A stretch of DNA of 30,774 nt from an uncultured archaeon (GTDB lineage Archaea > Iainarchaeota > Iainarchaeia > Iainarchaeales > CSSED10-239): NCBI GenBank assembly GCA_964591795.1, contig CAZQEL010000008.1, forward strand, positions 1 to 30,774, read 5' to 3'. The position numbers were made by a program, and so were the translations under genes. Position 1 is the stretch's first letter. Each line of letters opens with the position of its first letter. The notes under the pieces were generated by a model that was not told where the DNA came from, made no database searches, and saw only the letters and a program-made list of their open reading frames with translations. Of this stretch, positions 8,764 through 17,173 are shown in pieces.

Positions 8764-8918
8764 AATTGATTATTATAAAACTCTTTATTTTTTTCAGCTT
8801 GTTTAATAAATGCAACTCTTTCTTTAGATGGATGATTAGTTTCTTTTGTCCATTCTCTTATAAATCTATCAGCATCTTCGCCTCTTAAAACAGGAGTTGC
8901 TCTTATTGGTTTTGCCAT
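8751..8918 (-). CDS. Unannotated 55-aa ORF, candidate antitoxin partner of the GNAT
   Basis: Manual translation: MAKPIRATPVLRGEDADRFIREWTKETNHPSKERVAFIKQAEKNKEFYNNQLWGK*. Absent from the ORF track. Overlaps the GNAT start. Less AT-biased than the flanking intergenic DNA. Confidence 0.45.
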   Translation of the reverse strand: MAKPIRATPVLRGEDADRFIREWTKETNHPSKERVAFIKQAEKNKEFYNNQLWGK

Positions 8919-8986
8919 ATATATCACATTAAATTAATTATATATAAATATTATGTGTATATATATTTATAATGCTTTTGTAACTA

Positions 8987-9065
8987 CTTGACCAATAAAA
9001 TTATACAACAAATACTATTATTTACTAGATAACAAACCTAATATTCTCTCAAAAATCTTAAAAAA
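8987..9065. repeat. Copy b of the ~79-bp dispersed repeat (partner 4010-4088)
   Basis: See 4010-4088. Lies between the phosphoribosyltransferase stop codon and the promoter of the GNAT module. Confidence 0.75.
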
Positions 9066-9075
9066 GTTATATAGC

Positions 9076-9546
9076 TTATTTATCTTTATGATTCTCAAAT
9101 CTATCCCAAGGAAAACCAGCCCATTGATTTATCTTTTCAAAATAAAAATCAGGATAATATTTACAATTACTTTCGTTTACAAAAATAGTTAAAGTTTTTA
9201 TTTCTTTTACAGCATACTTAACTTTTAATAAATTAACTAAAAACTCTAAAGTTTTACCACTATCAGAAATATCATCAATTAAAAGAACTGTTTTTCCTTC
9301 TAAATACTCCTTTGATGGAAGATTAACAATTTGAATTTCTTTACGTTCTTTACCGTCATAAGATTTAACAGCAATGGTTAATAAATTTTTAGTATCAAAA
9401 AGTCTTGCAAAATGAATTGCAGGATATACTCCACCAACTGAAACCCCAACAATACAATCTGGAGCAAAAGTTGTTTTTTTAACATCATTAAATAATTTTA
9501 AACAACGATCATCAATTTCATTATAAGTATATTTTATTGTTTCCAT
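9076..9546 (-). CDS. Purine phosphoribosyltransferase (Gpt-like)
   Basis: 156 aa. PRPP-binding loop VLLIDDISDSGKTL. The overall layout and the C-terminal W..FPWD resemble xanthine-guanine PRTs. Confidence 0.75.
   Translation of the reverse strand: METIKYTYNEIDDRCLKLFNDVKKTTFAPDCIVGVSVGGVYPAIHFARLFDTKNLLTIAVKSYDGKERKEIQIVNLPSKEYLEGKTVLLIDDISDSGKTLEFLVNLLKVKYAVKEIKTLTIFVNESNCKYYPDFYFEKINQWAGFPWDRFENHKDK
9091..9167. repeat. Gene-resident copy of the 77-bp direct repeat (partner 8122-8198)
   Basis: Forms codons ..CKYYPDFYFEKINQWAGFPWDRFEN of the live gene, which then continues HKDK*. Confidence 0.9.
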
Positions 9547-9697
9547 ATATTATTATAAAATATTAGTATATATAAAAGTGTTCCTAAATTAAAAATCACA
9601 AAAAAGCTTTAAAAGAGAACCACATATAATATTTAAAGAATAATAATTTTACTTTTAACAGAATAAACAATTTAATTAAAAAAAGGTGAATAAAGAT

Positions 9698-9916
9698 ATG
9701 AATGAAAAAAATGAAAAAGTACAAACTATAAGAGCAATTGCATTTGCAACAGTAACAGTAGCTGCATTAATTGTTATTTTTGCAAGAGAATATGCTTGGG
9801 TTATTATATTTACAACATTAATAATTTGCTTTTTTGGAATTGCAACAACTAAAAATAACTGCTATACTGTAAAAACAGCAGTTGTTAAAGAAAAAGCAAA
9901 ACCAAAGAAAAAATAA
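9698..9916 (+). CDS. Small two-helix membrane protein
   Basis: The ATG at 9698 is preceded by AAGGTGA at an 8-nt spacing, so it is preferred over the track's GTG at 9686. Two hydrophobic segments and a Lys-rich tail. Confidence 0.4.
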   Translation: MNEKNEKVQTIRAIAFATVTVAALIVIFAREYAWVIIFTTLIICFFGIATTKNNCYTVKTAVVKEKAKPKKK

Positions 9917-9917
9917 A

Positions 9918-10646
9918 TTAAATAATAAGCTTAGATCTATTAACTCTAAGCCATTTATTCTTTTTTTTATAATCTGGAATTATTTTTTCAACAATTCCCC
10001 AGAATCTTTTTGAATGATTATGTTGTATTGTGTGAGCTAACTCGTGAACAATAACATAATCTATAATATCCTCTCTTGCAACTAAAAGAGATGTTGAAAA
10101 AATTAGTTTTTTATCATGTGAACAAGATCCAAACTTAGATGAATTGTTCTTAAGTGAAACTGATTTTAAATCTTGTTTAAAATAAAGATTATTATAATAA
10201 TCTACTTTAGATTTAATAACAAAAAGCATATCTTTTTCTAAAATTTTATTTATTAAAATAGATACTTGTTTATCTTGATCTTCTTTAGATTGATTTAAGG
10301 GCAAGGATAGGTGTATTTTACTATCAATTAGCTTCGCACTAGCTGTTTTTTTAAGCTTATACACCATATTTAATGAATATACTTTATTTAGAACACAAAT
10401 AGAGTCACCTGAGCTATAGGATTTATATAAAACAGGAGCAAATCTATCTTCATCTTTTTCAAGATACTTAATAAATTTGTTTTTCATACTTAATATTTGT
10501 TCATTTTGCCTTTTTTCTGAAAAATAAATAGGAACTCTAATATTTACATTTTTACCAATTGACATATAAGTAGATCTTCTTTTTTCAATAAATATTCTTA
10601 AAATATATTTTTTATCATTAAATATTAAAAAATCTTCTTTATACAT
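9918..10646 (-). CDS. YgjP-like (DUF45/M48-related) zinc metallohydrolase
   Basis: 242 aa. C-terminal VIVHELAHTIQHNHSKRFWGIVEKIIPDYKKKNKWL matches the HELAH...NHS..FW...P.Y...WL signature. Confidence 0.7.
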   Translation of the reverse strand: MYKEDFLIFNDKKYILRIFIEKRRSTYMSIGKNVNIRVPIYFSEKRQNEQILSMKNKFIKYLEKDEDRFAPVLYKSYSSGDSICVLNKVYSLNMVYKLKKTASAKLIDSKIHLSLPLNQSKEDQDKQVSILINKILEKDMLFVIKSKVDYYNNLYFKQDLKSVSLKNNSSKFGSCSHDKKLIFSTSLLVAREDIIDYVIVHELAHTIQHNHSKRFWGIVEKIIPDYKKKNKWLRVNRSKLII

Positions 10647-10723
10647 TCTTATACAAATCCAAAAAATAGTAATATATATTATATATAAAATGATTTAAAA
10701 AGAAAATAATAAAAAAGTTAATT

Positions 10724-11479
10724 TTAAATAGATTTATTATAATCTATAAAAAAATAATCTCCACCACAAGTAATATTTGACCAATCTCCACTTGAAGAAC
10801 AAACTGCACTATTATCATCAGCATAGAAACAATTAATTCCACCTTCTAACTTATTTTGATCTAATTTATCAAGATAGTCAATTAGATCTTGTGGAGTACT
10901 ATAATAACAATAACCATTCTTACTTATATTTTTTTTAATAGTATTATTTTCAGCTAAAAGAGATGAAGAAATATTAGAATCATCAATACCATCTTCTTTA
11001 AGTTTTGTTTTATAAGTTTCTTTATATTCAACATTTAAATCAGAAATACTTACATTTACTTTACAATAAATATATTCAATACCAAATATAGTATATTCAG
11101 TAGTTCTTGTAAATATACGGTCTTCAGTTTTAATTTCATCAATAAACACAAACCTTGAGTCTTTATTACAATCAGCAGAGTATGTTTTAAAACAATTTAT
11201 ATTATCCCCACAGTTTTTAGAATCTCCAGCATACACAATTTCTAAAACTAGTTCAGGAACATTAACATCTAAAGAAGTATTAATACCACTATTTGAATCA
11301 ACTATTAAATTTAAATCAATAGAATTATCTAAATCATCATTTTGATTAGAATTATAAAAATTAGGACTTAGGTATGCAAAAATAATTAAAACAAAAAGAA
11401 TCATAATAAGAATAATGTCATATAAAAGAAAAAACTTAGCTTTTTTTGAAAAATTTTTTAAAATTGTATTTTCATCCAT
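10724..11479 (-). CDS. Membrane-anchored, Cys-rich extracellular protein (function unknown)
   Basis: 251 aa. N-terminal transmembrane anchor FFLLYDIILIMILFVLIIFAYL followed by a Cys-containing soluble domain. Confidence 0.4.
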   Translation of the reverse strand: MDENTILKNFSKKAKFFLLYDIILIMILFVLIIFAYLSPNFYNSNQNDDLDNSIDLNLIVDSNSGINTSLDVNVPELVLEIVYAGDSKNCGDNINCFKTYSADCNKDSRFVFIDEIKTEDRIFTRTTEYTIFGIEYIYCKVNVSISDLNVEYKETYKTKLKEDGIDDSNISSSLLAENNTIKKNISKNGYCYYSTPQDLIDYLDKLDQNKLEGGINCFYADDNSAVCSSSGDWSNITCGGDYFFIDYNKSI

Positions 11480-11539
11480 GTATAATACCTATATTATTTA
11501 TATATAGATAAACACCCATAACATTTAAAAACTTATATT

Positions 11540-12580
11540 TTACATAAACTTTTTTGTATAAATTTTATTTATAGTATCTAAAATATTTTTAGCTTTTTGA
11601 AGATCTAAACTTTTAATTTTAGCTAGATCTTGTAAAGTTAAGTTCTTAATGTTATTAATTGATTTTTTAACTTTTACTAAATTTTCAATAATCTTTTCAT
11701 CTAAATTATTCATTGATGCTAAAATTCTATAACCTCTAGGAAAATCAACAGATTTTAAAGATATAAAATCAGAAAGATCTAAAATTTCAATTAATCTTTC
11801 AGTATCAGCAATTTTTCTAATACCCATTTGTTTTAAAGTTGAGATTTTATCTAAAGCTACTTCTTTTGTTTGAAGAGTATTAGAATAATCTCTTAAAATT
11901 AAAGATAATTCTTCATCAATACCAACAGTTAATTCATATAAAGTATTTGCAATATCTTGACCTTGGTTACCTAATTCAACAACCAAATCATCAACTTGCT
12001 TTTCATGTTTTATAAAATAAAGCATATTTTGTATTATTTCAATAATTTCTTCACTTAAATTACTTGAATTATTAATTTCAAGAAAAAGTATATGTTTTAG
12101 TTTTTTATCAAGTTTATTTCTAAAATCTTTTAAATTATTAATAGCATAATTAGCTTTAACCATTAACATATTAAATTCTTGAAGAACATATTTTTGATCC
12201 TTATAATAAAGAGAAATTACATTTCTTCTATGAGAAATTGCAATAACAGGAACTTTTGATTCAATTGCTGTTTGTTCAGCTGATCTATGTCTCATACCTG
12301 TTTCTTTTGAAGCTATATTTTTATTTGGCATTAAATGTTTGTTTGCACTTATAATTTTAGTTAAATCATTAGATAGAACAATAGCACCATCCATTTTTGA
12401 TAATTCAAAAAGTTTTTGTGAAGAAAAAAGAATATCAAGATCAATTCCACCTCTTAAAAGTCCTTTTAAACCATCAGAATTACCTAAAACTATAAGAGCA
12501 CCTAAATTTCCATGTAATATTTCATCAAGACCTTGTCTTAATTCTGTACCTGGAGTTACTAATGGTAATATTTTGTTCAA
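11540..12580 (-). CDS. disA: DisA-type diadenylate cyclase (DNA integrity scanning protein)
   Basis: 346 aa. VTPGTELRQGLDEIL..GALIVLG, DGAIVLS and GMRHRSAEQ are DAC-domain hallmarks. A helical linker and a C-terminal HhH-like region follow. The track start is a TTG; see the finding on the 5' end. Confidence 0.85.
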   Translation of the reverse strand: MNKILPLVTPGTELRQGLDEILHGNLGALIVLGNSDGLKGLLRGGIDLDILFSSQKLFELSKMDGAIVLSNDLTKIISANKHLMPNKNIASKETGMRHRSAEQTAIESKVPVIAISHRRNVISLYYKDQKYVLQEFNMLMVKANYAINNLKDFRNKLDKKLKHILFLEINNSSNLSEEIIEIIQNMLYFIKHEKQVDDLVVELGNQGQDIANTLYELTVGIDEELSLILRDYSNTLQTKEVALDKISTLKQMGIRKIADTERLIEILDLSDFISLKSVDFPRGYRILASMNNLDEKIIENLVKVKKSINNIKNLTLQDLAKIKSLDLQKAKNILDTINKIYTKKFM

Positions 12581-12756
12581 TATCTTCAGCTATTGAAAAT
12601 ACAAAATCAAAATCGGGTTTTTTAAAATTTTTTATTAAAATTATATTTTTCATTATTACCCTTTCATATTATATCCCAAAAGCATTATAAACTTATTGTA
12701 AAAATAATAAAAGTTTATTGATTTTTTTTAATTGGTTTCTTTTTTAATCAAATTAA

Positions 12757-13101
12757 TTATGTATATTGTTGTTTATCAATTAACATTTTTTGAAATTTAA
12801 CACGTACATCAAAATCTTCCAAATGTTCTTTATTATCTATAATAAACTGTTTTAAATTTAATAAAATATTTTTTGAAGTTTTTAAGTCCCTAGAATTCAT
12901 ATGACCAATAAAGCTCTCTATTGCTTTTTCATACATTTCAACAACTTTTTTATTAGAAACATGCATATTTAAAAAAGCACTTAATTCTTTAAATACCATT
13001 TTTTCACTTTCAAATAAATGTGCTTTTTCACACATAATATTGTATTTTTTATTTTTTCTAAAATTAAGATTTAATTTTAAATTATTATTCTTAATAGGCA
13101 T
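12757..13101 (-). CDS. Hypothetical helical protein
   Basis: 114-aa ORF. No motif recognised. Confidence 0.3.
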   Translation of the reverse strand: MPIKNNNLKLNLNFRKNKKYNIMCEKAHLFESEKMVFKELSAFLNMHVSNKKVVEMYEKAIESFIGHMNSRDLKTSKNILLNLKQFIIDNKEHLEDFDVRVKFQKMLIDKQQYT

Positions 13102-13287
13102 ATTTAATCACTTTATTATTAAAAATATAAGCTACAAACGATACTTAAATATTATTAATTTCAAAAAACATATAAATAAATCCTAAAAAACATTAAATTT
13201 TAAAAAATAAAAAATATTATAAACCCTTATATAGTATATTAACATTAATATAGCAATTATAAATAACAATTTAAAAAAAGAATAAAT

Positions 13288-13659
13288 ATGAAAATATTAT
13301 TAGTATCAGACAAGACTTTTTATAAAGAACAAGCACTTATAAGATTTAATCTTAAAAAACACACTGGTATTTTTCAAACAACTGATATTGGTAAAACCCA
13401 TAAGGGTATAAACACAGCAAAAATATTTATTGACAAAGATATTCTTCTTTTAAAAGAATCTGACGCTATACTTATCTGTAATTTTAAAAAAGGCAAACAA
13501 GAAAACCATATTGGAGAATATTCACTAATGATAGCAACACTTGCCTATTTTTTACAAAAAAAGATATATTTATTATATGATATGCCTTCAAATAAATATA
13601 AGGAACAATTAATGATGCTTGAAGCTATTTCATTAAATGGAAACCTTAACAAAATATAA
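13288..13659 (+). CDS. Hypothetical protein, tentatively nucleoside 2-deoxyribosyltransferase-like fold
   Basis: 123 aa. LKESDAILICNF...HIGEYSLMIATLAYFLQKKIYLL loosely resembles NDT/YtoQ-like proteins. Sits 14 nt upstream of the HAD gene. Confidence 0.25.
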   Translation: MKILLVSDKTFYKEQALIRFNLKKHTGIFQTTDIGKTHKGINTAKIFIDKDILLLKESDAILICNFKKGKQENHIGEYSLMIATLAYFLQKKIYLLYDMPSNKYKEQLMMLEAISLNGNLNKI

Positions 13660-13673
13660 AAAAATGATTAAAA

Positions 13674-14300
13674 ATGATAAAATTAATAGCATTTGACCTT
13701 TGGGGAACACTAGCAATAAAAGGAAATCCTTTCATTCATTTTTCAAACATAGTTAAAGAAGAGTTTGAACTTAAAATATCTAAAGATGAAATAATTAAGA
13801 TATATGAAGAGTCTGTTGAAATAAAATACTGGGAAACAGAAATAGATGCATATACTGAATTTGCAAGAAGACTTAAAATATCACCAACAAGGGAAAATTT
13901 ATTAAAAATAATCGCAGCAAGAGAAAAAATTGAATCAGATGTAATTGTTTTTGATTTTGCAATACCACTTTTGAAAAAACTTAGAAAAAACGGATACAAA
14001 ACAGCAATTGTTTCAAACTCATCTATGTTTACATATAATGAACTTAAAAGAAAAACAGATTTACTTGATCATTTTGATTATCAATTCTTTTCATTTCAAG
14101 TAGGTTACCTAAAACCTAATCCACAAATTTATTTAGAACTTCAAAGAAAAGCACTTGTTTATAACAACGAGATGCTAATGATTGGTGATGATTTTGAAAA
14201 TGATTTTAAAGCACCAAAAATTCTTGGAATAAACGCTATAATGTTTAAAAATTATGATTCGCTTCTTCAAGAGTTTAAAAAATACGATATTAAATTATAA
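13674..14300 (+). CDS. HAD-superfamily hydrolase
   Basis: 208 aa. Motif I IAFDLWGTL, motif II VSNS, motif IV GDDFENDF. Confidence 0.75.
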   Translation: MIKLIAFDLWGTLAIKGNPFIHFSNIVKEEFELKISKDEIIKIYEESVEIKYWETEIDAYTEFARRLKISPTRENLLKIIAAREKIESDVIVFDFAIPLLKKLRKNGYKTAIVSNSSMFTYNELKRKTDLLDHFDYQFFSFQVGYLKPNPQIYLELQRKALVYNNEMLMIGDDFENDFKAPKILGINAIMFKNYDSLLQEFKKYDIKL

Positions 14301-14308
14301 AAGGATAT

Positions 14309-15124
14309 TTATTTATTTTTTATATTTTCAATAATTTCCTTATAATAAAATTCAAACTTATTTATATCTTGAAATTTAATTTCATACATATCTTTTGAAA
14401 ATACATCTTTTAATTCTAATAATTTATTTTTAAAACTAACCATACTAAACTTAGAAGGATAATTAGCACCTTTAAAATTTAATTTTTTATTAATAATATC
14501 AGTAACATCTTTAGTTAAATACAAACCTTTCTTATTTATTAAAAACCAAAGATCATAAACATCTCTACCTTTTCTCCTTGTGTATATGGTTCTTATTTTT
14601 TCAAAAAATATTTCTTCTATATTCATACATCTTATTATTTTTATAGGTAAATTATAGGCAGGAAAATCAAGAGAGAAAGATATTGTAGGTAATAAAACAT
14701 CTTCTCTATAGCTAATATCAACATCTACAAAACATAAACTTTCTTTGGTAGTATACAATGGCCCTTCTGCAGATATTTTTAATGAAAAACCATATTCATT
14801 TAAATGAATTATTTTACCTTTAGATTTAACACCAGCTAATATCCAAAGCATATTTGTAATCCTTCCATTTATATGATTAGAAAATGATTTTAAATCTTTA
14901 AAACCATATGGAGAAATAGATAAATCTATTGTAAAATCTAAATCTGTAGAAAATCTATCTAATCCATGAAAAAACCATAAATAAGTTCCACCTTTAAAAA
15001 CTAAAGGATATTCTGAAAGAATATTTAAAATTAAAGTTTGAAGATAATGTTTTTCTTGCTGATTAGGCTTTATACCTCTTATACTAGCTATATCAATTAA
15101 TTCATTTTTACTTAACATTTTCAA
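14309..15124 (-). CDS. AbiEii/AbiGii-family nucleotidyltransferase toxin (second copy)
   Basis: 271 aa. VFKGGTYLWFFHGLDRFSTDLDFT signature. 17-nt overlap with the upstream partner. Confidence 0.8.
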   Translation of the reverse strand: MKMLSKNELIDIASIRGIKPNQQEKHYLQTLILNILSEYPLVFKGGTYLWFFHGLDRFSTDLDFTIDLSISPYGFKDLKSFSNHINGRITNMLWILAGVKSKGKIIHLNEYGFSLKISAEGPLYTTKESLCFVDVDISYREDVLLPTISFSLDFPAYNLPIKIIRCMNIEEIFFEKIRTIYTRRKGRDVYDLWFLINKKGLYLTKDVTDIINKKLNFKGANYPSKFSMVSFKNKLLELKDVFSKDMYEIKFQDINKFEFYYKEIIENIKNK

Positions 15125-15671
15125 TCACATTCCTTATTCTTTTTGGATATAATTTACTATATTTTTTCAATAGTCTAAAATTAATTTTAGATTTATAATC
15201 TTCAAATATAGATTTATTATAAATACCATAATAAATGCCATCAAGAATCGCTTTTTCAGGCTCTGCAATATAAGCATAACTTTGATCTAAGTTATATTTT
15301 TTAAAACCAAAAAATAATTTAGGTGTTATTTTATGATATTTTAATTGCATATCTTTGTAATATCTACTATTTATAGTTGTTACGCAAGTAGTAGTTGTTG
15401 GAACTTGATTAATAATTTTATGAAAAAACAAAGCAGAAGATAAAGATATATATGATGGTTCAATAAATTGAGTACTTATTACATTATCATCTGATGAAAA
15501 TATAACTCTACCATGCTTTCTTTTAGCCAATCCATTATTAACTAGTCTTGAAATATAAACATTACTAACTGCTACTGATTTACCTATAAGATTAGCTAAT
15601 TGTCTTGTATTAAATACAGCTTTCTTAGATTCAATAGCTTTATCTTTAATTTTATATATATTATTCATCAC
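15108..15671 (-). CDS. Putative AbiEi-like antitoxin/regulator (second copy)
   Basis: 187 aa. N-terminal wHTH-like FNTRQLANLIGKSVAVSNVYISRLVNNGLAKR. Overlaps the AbiEii-like gene. Confidence 0.55.
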   Translation of the reverse strand: MMNNIYKIKDKAIESKKAVFNTRQLANLIGKSVAVSNVYISRLVNNGLAKRKHGRVIFSSDDNVISTQFIEPSYISLSSALFFHKIINQVPTTTTCVTTINSRYYKDMQLKYHKITPKLFFGFKKYNLDQSYAYIAEPEKAILDGIYYGIYNKSIFEDYKSKINFRLLKKYSKLYPKRIRNVIENVK

Positions 15672-15678
15672 ACCACAA

Positions 15679-15694
15679 TAACAATATTGTTATA
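15679..15694. promoter_or_regulatory. Perfect 16-bp palindrome ATAACAATATTGTTAT, candidate AbiEi operator
   Basis: Read directly from the sequence. Begins 8 nt upstream of the AbiEi-like start codon. Confidence 0.35.
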
Positions 15695-15874
15695 TATATG
15701 TGACACTAAATATTTATAAATAGATCTAATCTTTATCTTAATAAAAACAACCATTTAATTACTTAGAAGAAGAAGTATTTTCAAAACTTAACTTTTGAAA
15801 TATCTCTGGATATTTTCCTATTAAAAAAGCTCTAAAAATAAATTTATAATAGTCAATTACCTTTATAAATCACA

Positions 15875-16210
15875 TTATTTAAAAATTTTAACAATCCCAT
15901 TTTTTAAATCCAATTCAAGCCTATCTCCTGACTTAACTTTCTTTATGACGTTCTTAACACCAACAATACAAGGGATCCCTAATTCACGAGATACTATTGC
16001 TGCATGAGATAATAATCCCCCTCTTTCGGTTATAATACATAGAAATTTTGTCATAATTGATTCTAAATCTATAAAAGTATGAGTAATTACAAGGATATTG
16101 TTTTTTTCTACAACTATATTTTTATAATTAGTCAAATCTAAAACTTTGGCTACACCAATTATTTTATTTATTTTATTTTTTGATGCAACTATCCCTTTCA
16201 ACATATTCAA
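15875..16210 (-). CDS. Stand-alone PEP-utilising-enzyme mobile (phosphohistidine swivel) domain protein
   Basis: 111 aa. GGLLSHAAIVSRELGIPCIVGV is the conserved phosphohistidine motif of the PEP-utilizers domain. Confidence 0.75.
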   Translation of the reverse strand: MNMLKGIVASKNKINKIIGVAKVLDLTNYKNIVVEKNNILVITHTFIDLESIMTKFLCIITERGGLLSHAAIVSRELGIPCIVGVKNVIKKVKSGDRLELDLKNGIVKIFK

Positions 16211-16856
16211 TCAGCCCACCTATAAATCCTTTTTGTAATTTAAATACATCTTTTTCTAAAAAACGGTTTAAAGTTTTATTATCTATAACTCCCATTCTTA
16301 GAAGAGGTCTGTTTTTTTCTAACTTGAAAAATAAGTTTTTTAAATATTTATCAGATTCGTTTAATTTACAATCCAAAAATAAAAAATTTTTAGAAGATAA
16401 ATATTGGCCAATAATTTCACCAATACAAGAATACATAAATTGTTCTGCTAACCAAAAACTTAATAGTTGATTACATAATTTAGAATATTCTTTTTTCTTT
16501 AAAAAGAAAGTAATATTTGATTTTAATATATCAAATAAATAAAATTCCCCATCAAATAGAAAATCTTGCCACAATCCATGAAATAAAGTATCTACATCTT
16601 TTACAGCCATATGATTGAATGCATTTTTAAGTATCTCATTATTCCCTTCAAAATGGTTAATTAAATACTTTTTAAAATAATTAAAATCATAATTTAACTC
16701 TTTTAAAAAATCATATTTATTAATAATATTTAATGACATCATTTGACATTCAGATAGTTTATAATCTGAATTTTTCTGTAATTCTTCACAACCTATATAT
16801 GAAAAATTGGATGAATCATAGATAATTCCTCCAAAAAAAGTAGGATGATAATTCAT
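16173..16856 (-). CDS. Hypothetical helical protein overlapping the swivel-domain gene
   Basis: 227-aa ORF. 38-nt out-of-frame overlap with 15875-16210. No motif recognised. Confidence 0.4.
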   Translation of the reverse strand: MNYHPTFFGGIIYDSSNFSYIGCEELQKNSDYKLSECQMMSLNIINKYDFLKELNYDFNYFKKYLINHFEGNNEILKNAFNHMAVKDVDTLFHGLWQDFLFDGEFYLFDILKSNITFFLKKKEYSKLCNQLLSFWLAEQFMYSCIGEIIGQYLSSKNFLFLDCKLNESDKYLKNLFFKLEKNRPLLRMGVIDNKTLNRFLEKDVFKLQKGFIGGLIEYVERDSCIKK

Positions 16857-16870
16857 TTTTATACCTAATT

Positions 16871-16945
16871 ACTAATAAGGATTAGTATAACCATAAATTA
16901 ATTGAAAAGATCTGGACTTAATTTTACCTTTTTTTATTTTTTTCA
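16871..16945 (-). CDS. Possible 24-aa leader ORF MKKIKKGKIKSRSFQLIYGYTNPY
   Basis: Manual translation. Ends 14 nt before the 227-aa ORF. An open frame of this length can arise by chance in AT-rich DNA. Confidence 0.15.
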
Positions 16946-17173
16946 TAAAATCACTTCCTATAATTTATATATATATTTTTAATATTAACTAATAAATAAT
17001 ATAAGAATGTAACGATTTAAAAATGTTAACTATAGTAGATAACAGTTAATAGTATTACACAACTATTATGTTTTAACACAATATTTATATAATCGTTTAA
17101 TTAAAACATCAAATATTATTAAAAAATAAATTGAAGATAATATTTAAATAATATATAATAAAATTGAAAAAAC

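Noticed and set aside
17030-17060. Possible third, degenerate copy of the 79-bp repeat (shared 9-mer TGTTATCTA on the minus strand) upstream of the peptide/227-aa operon.
   Set aside because: Only about 9 contiguous matching bases with weak flanking similarity. This is compatible with chance in 30 kb of AT-rich sequence.
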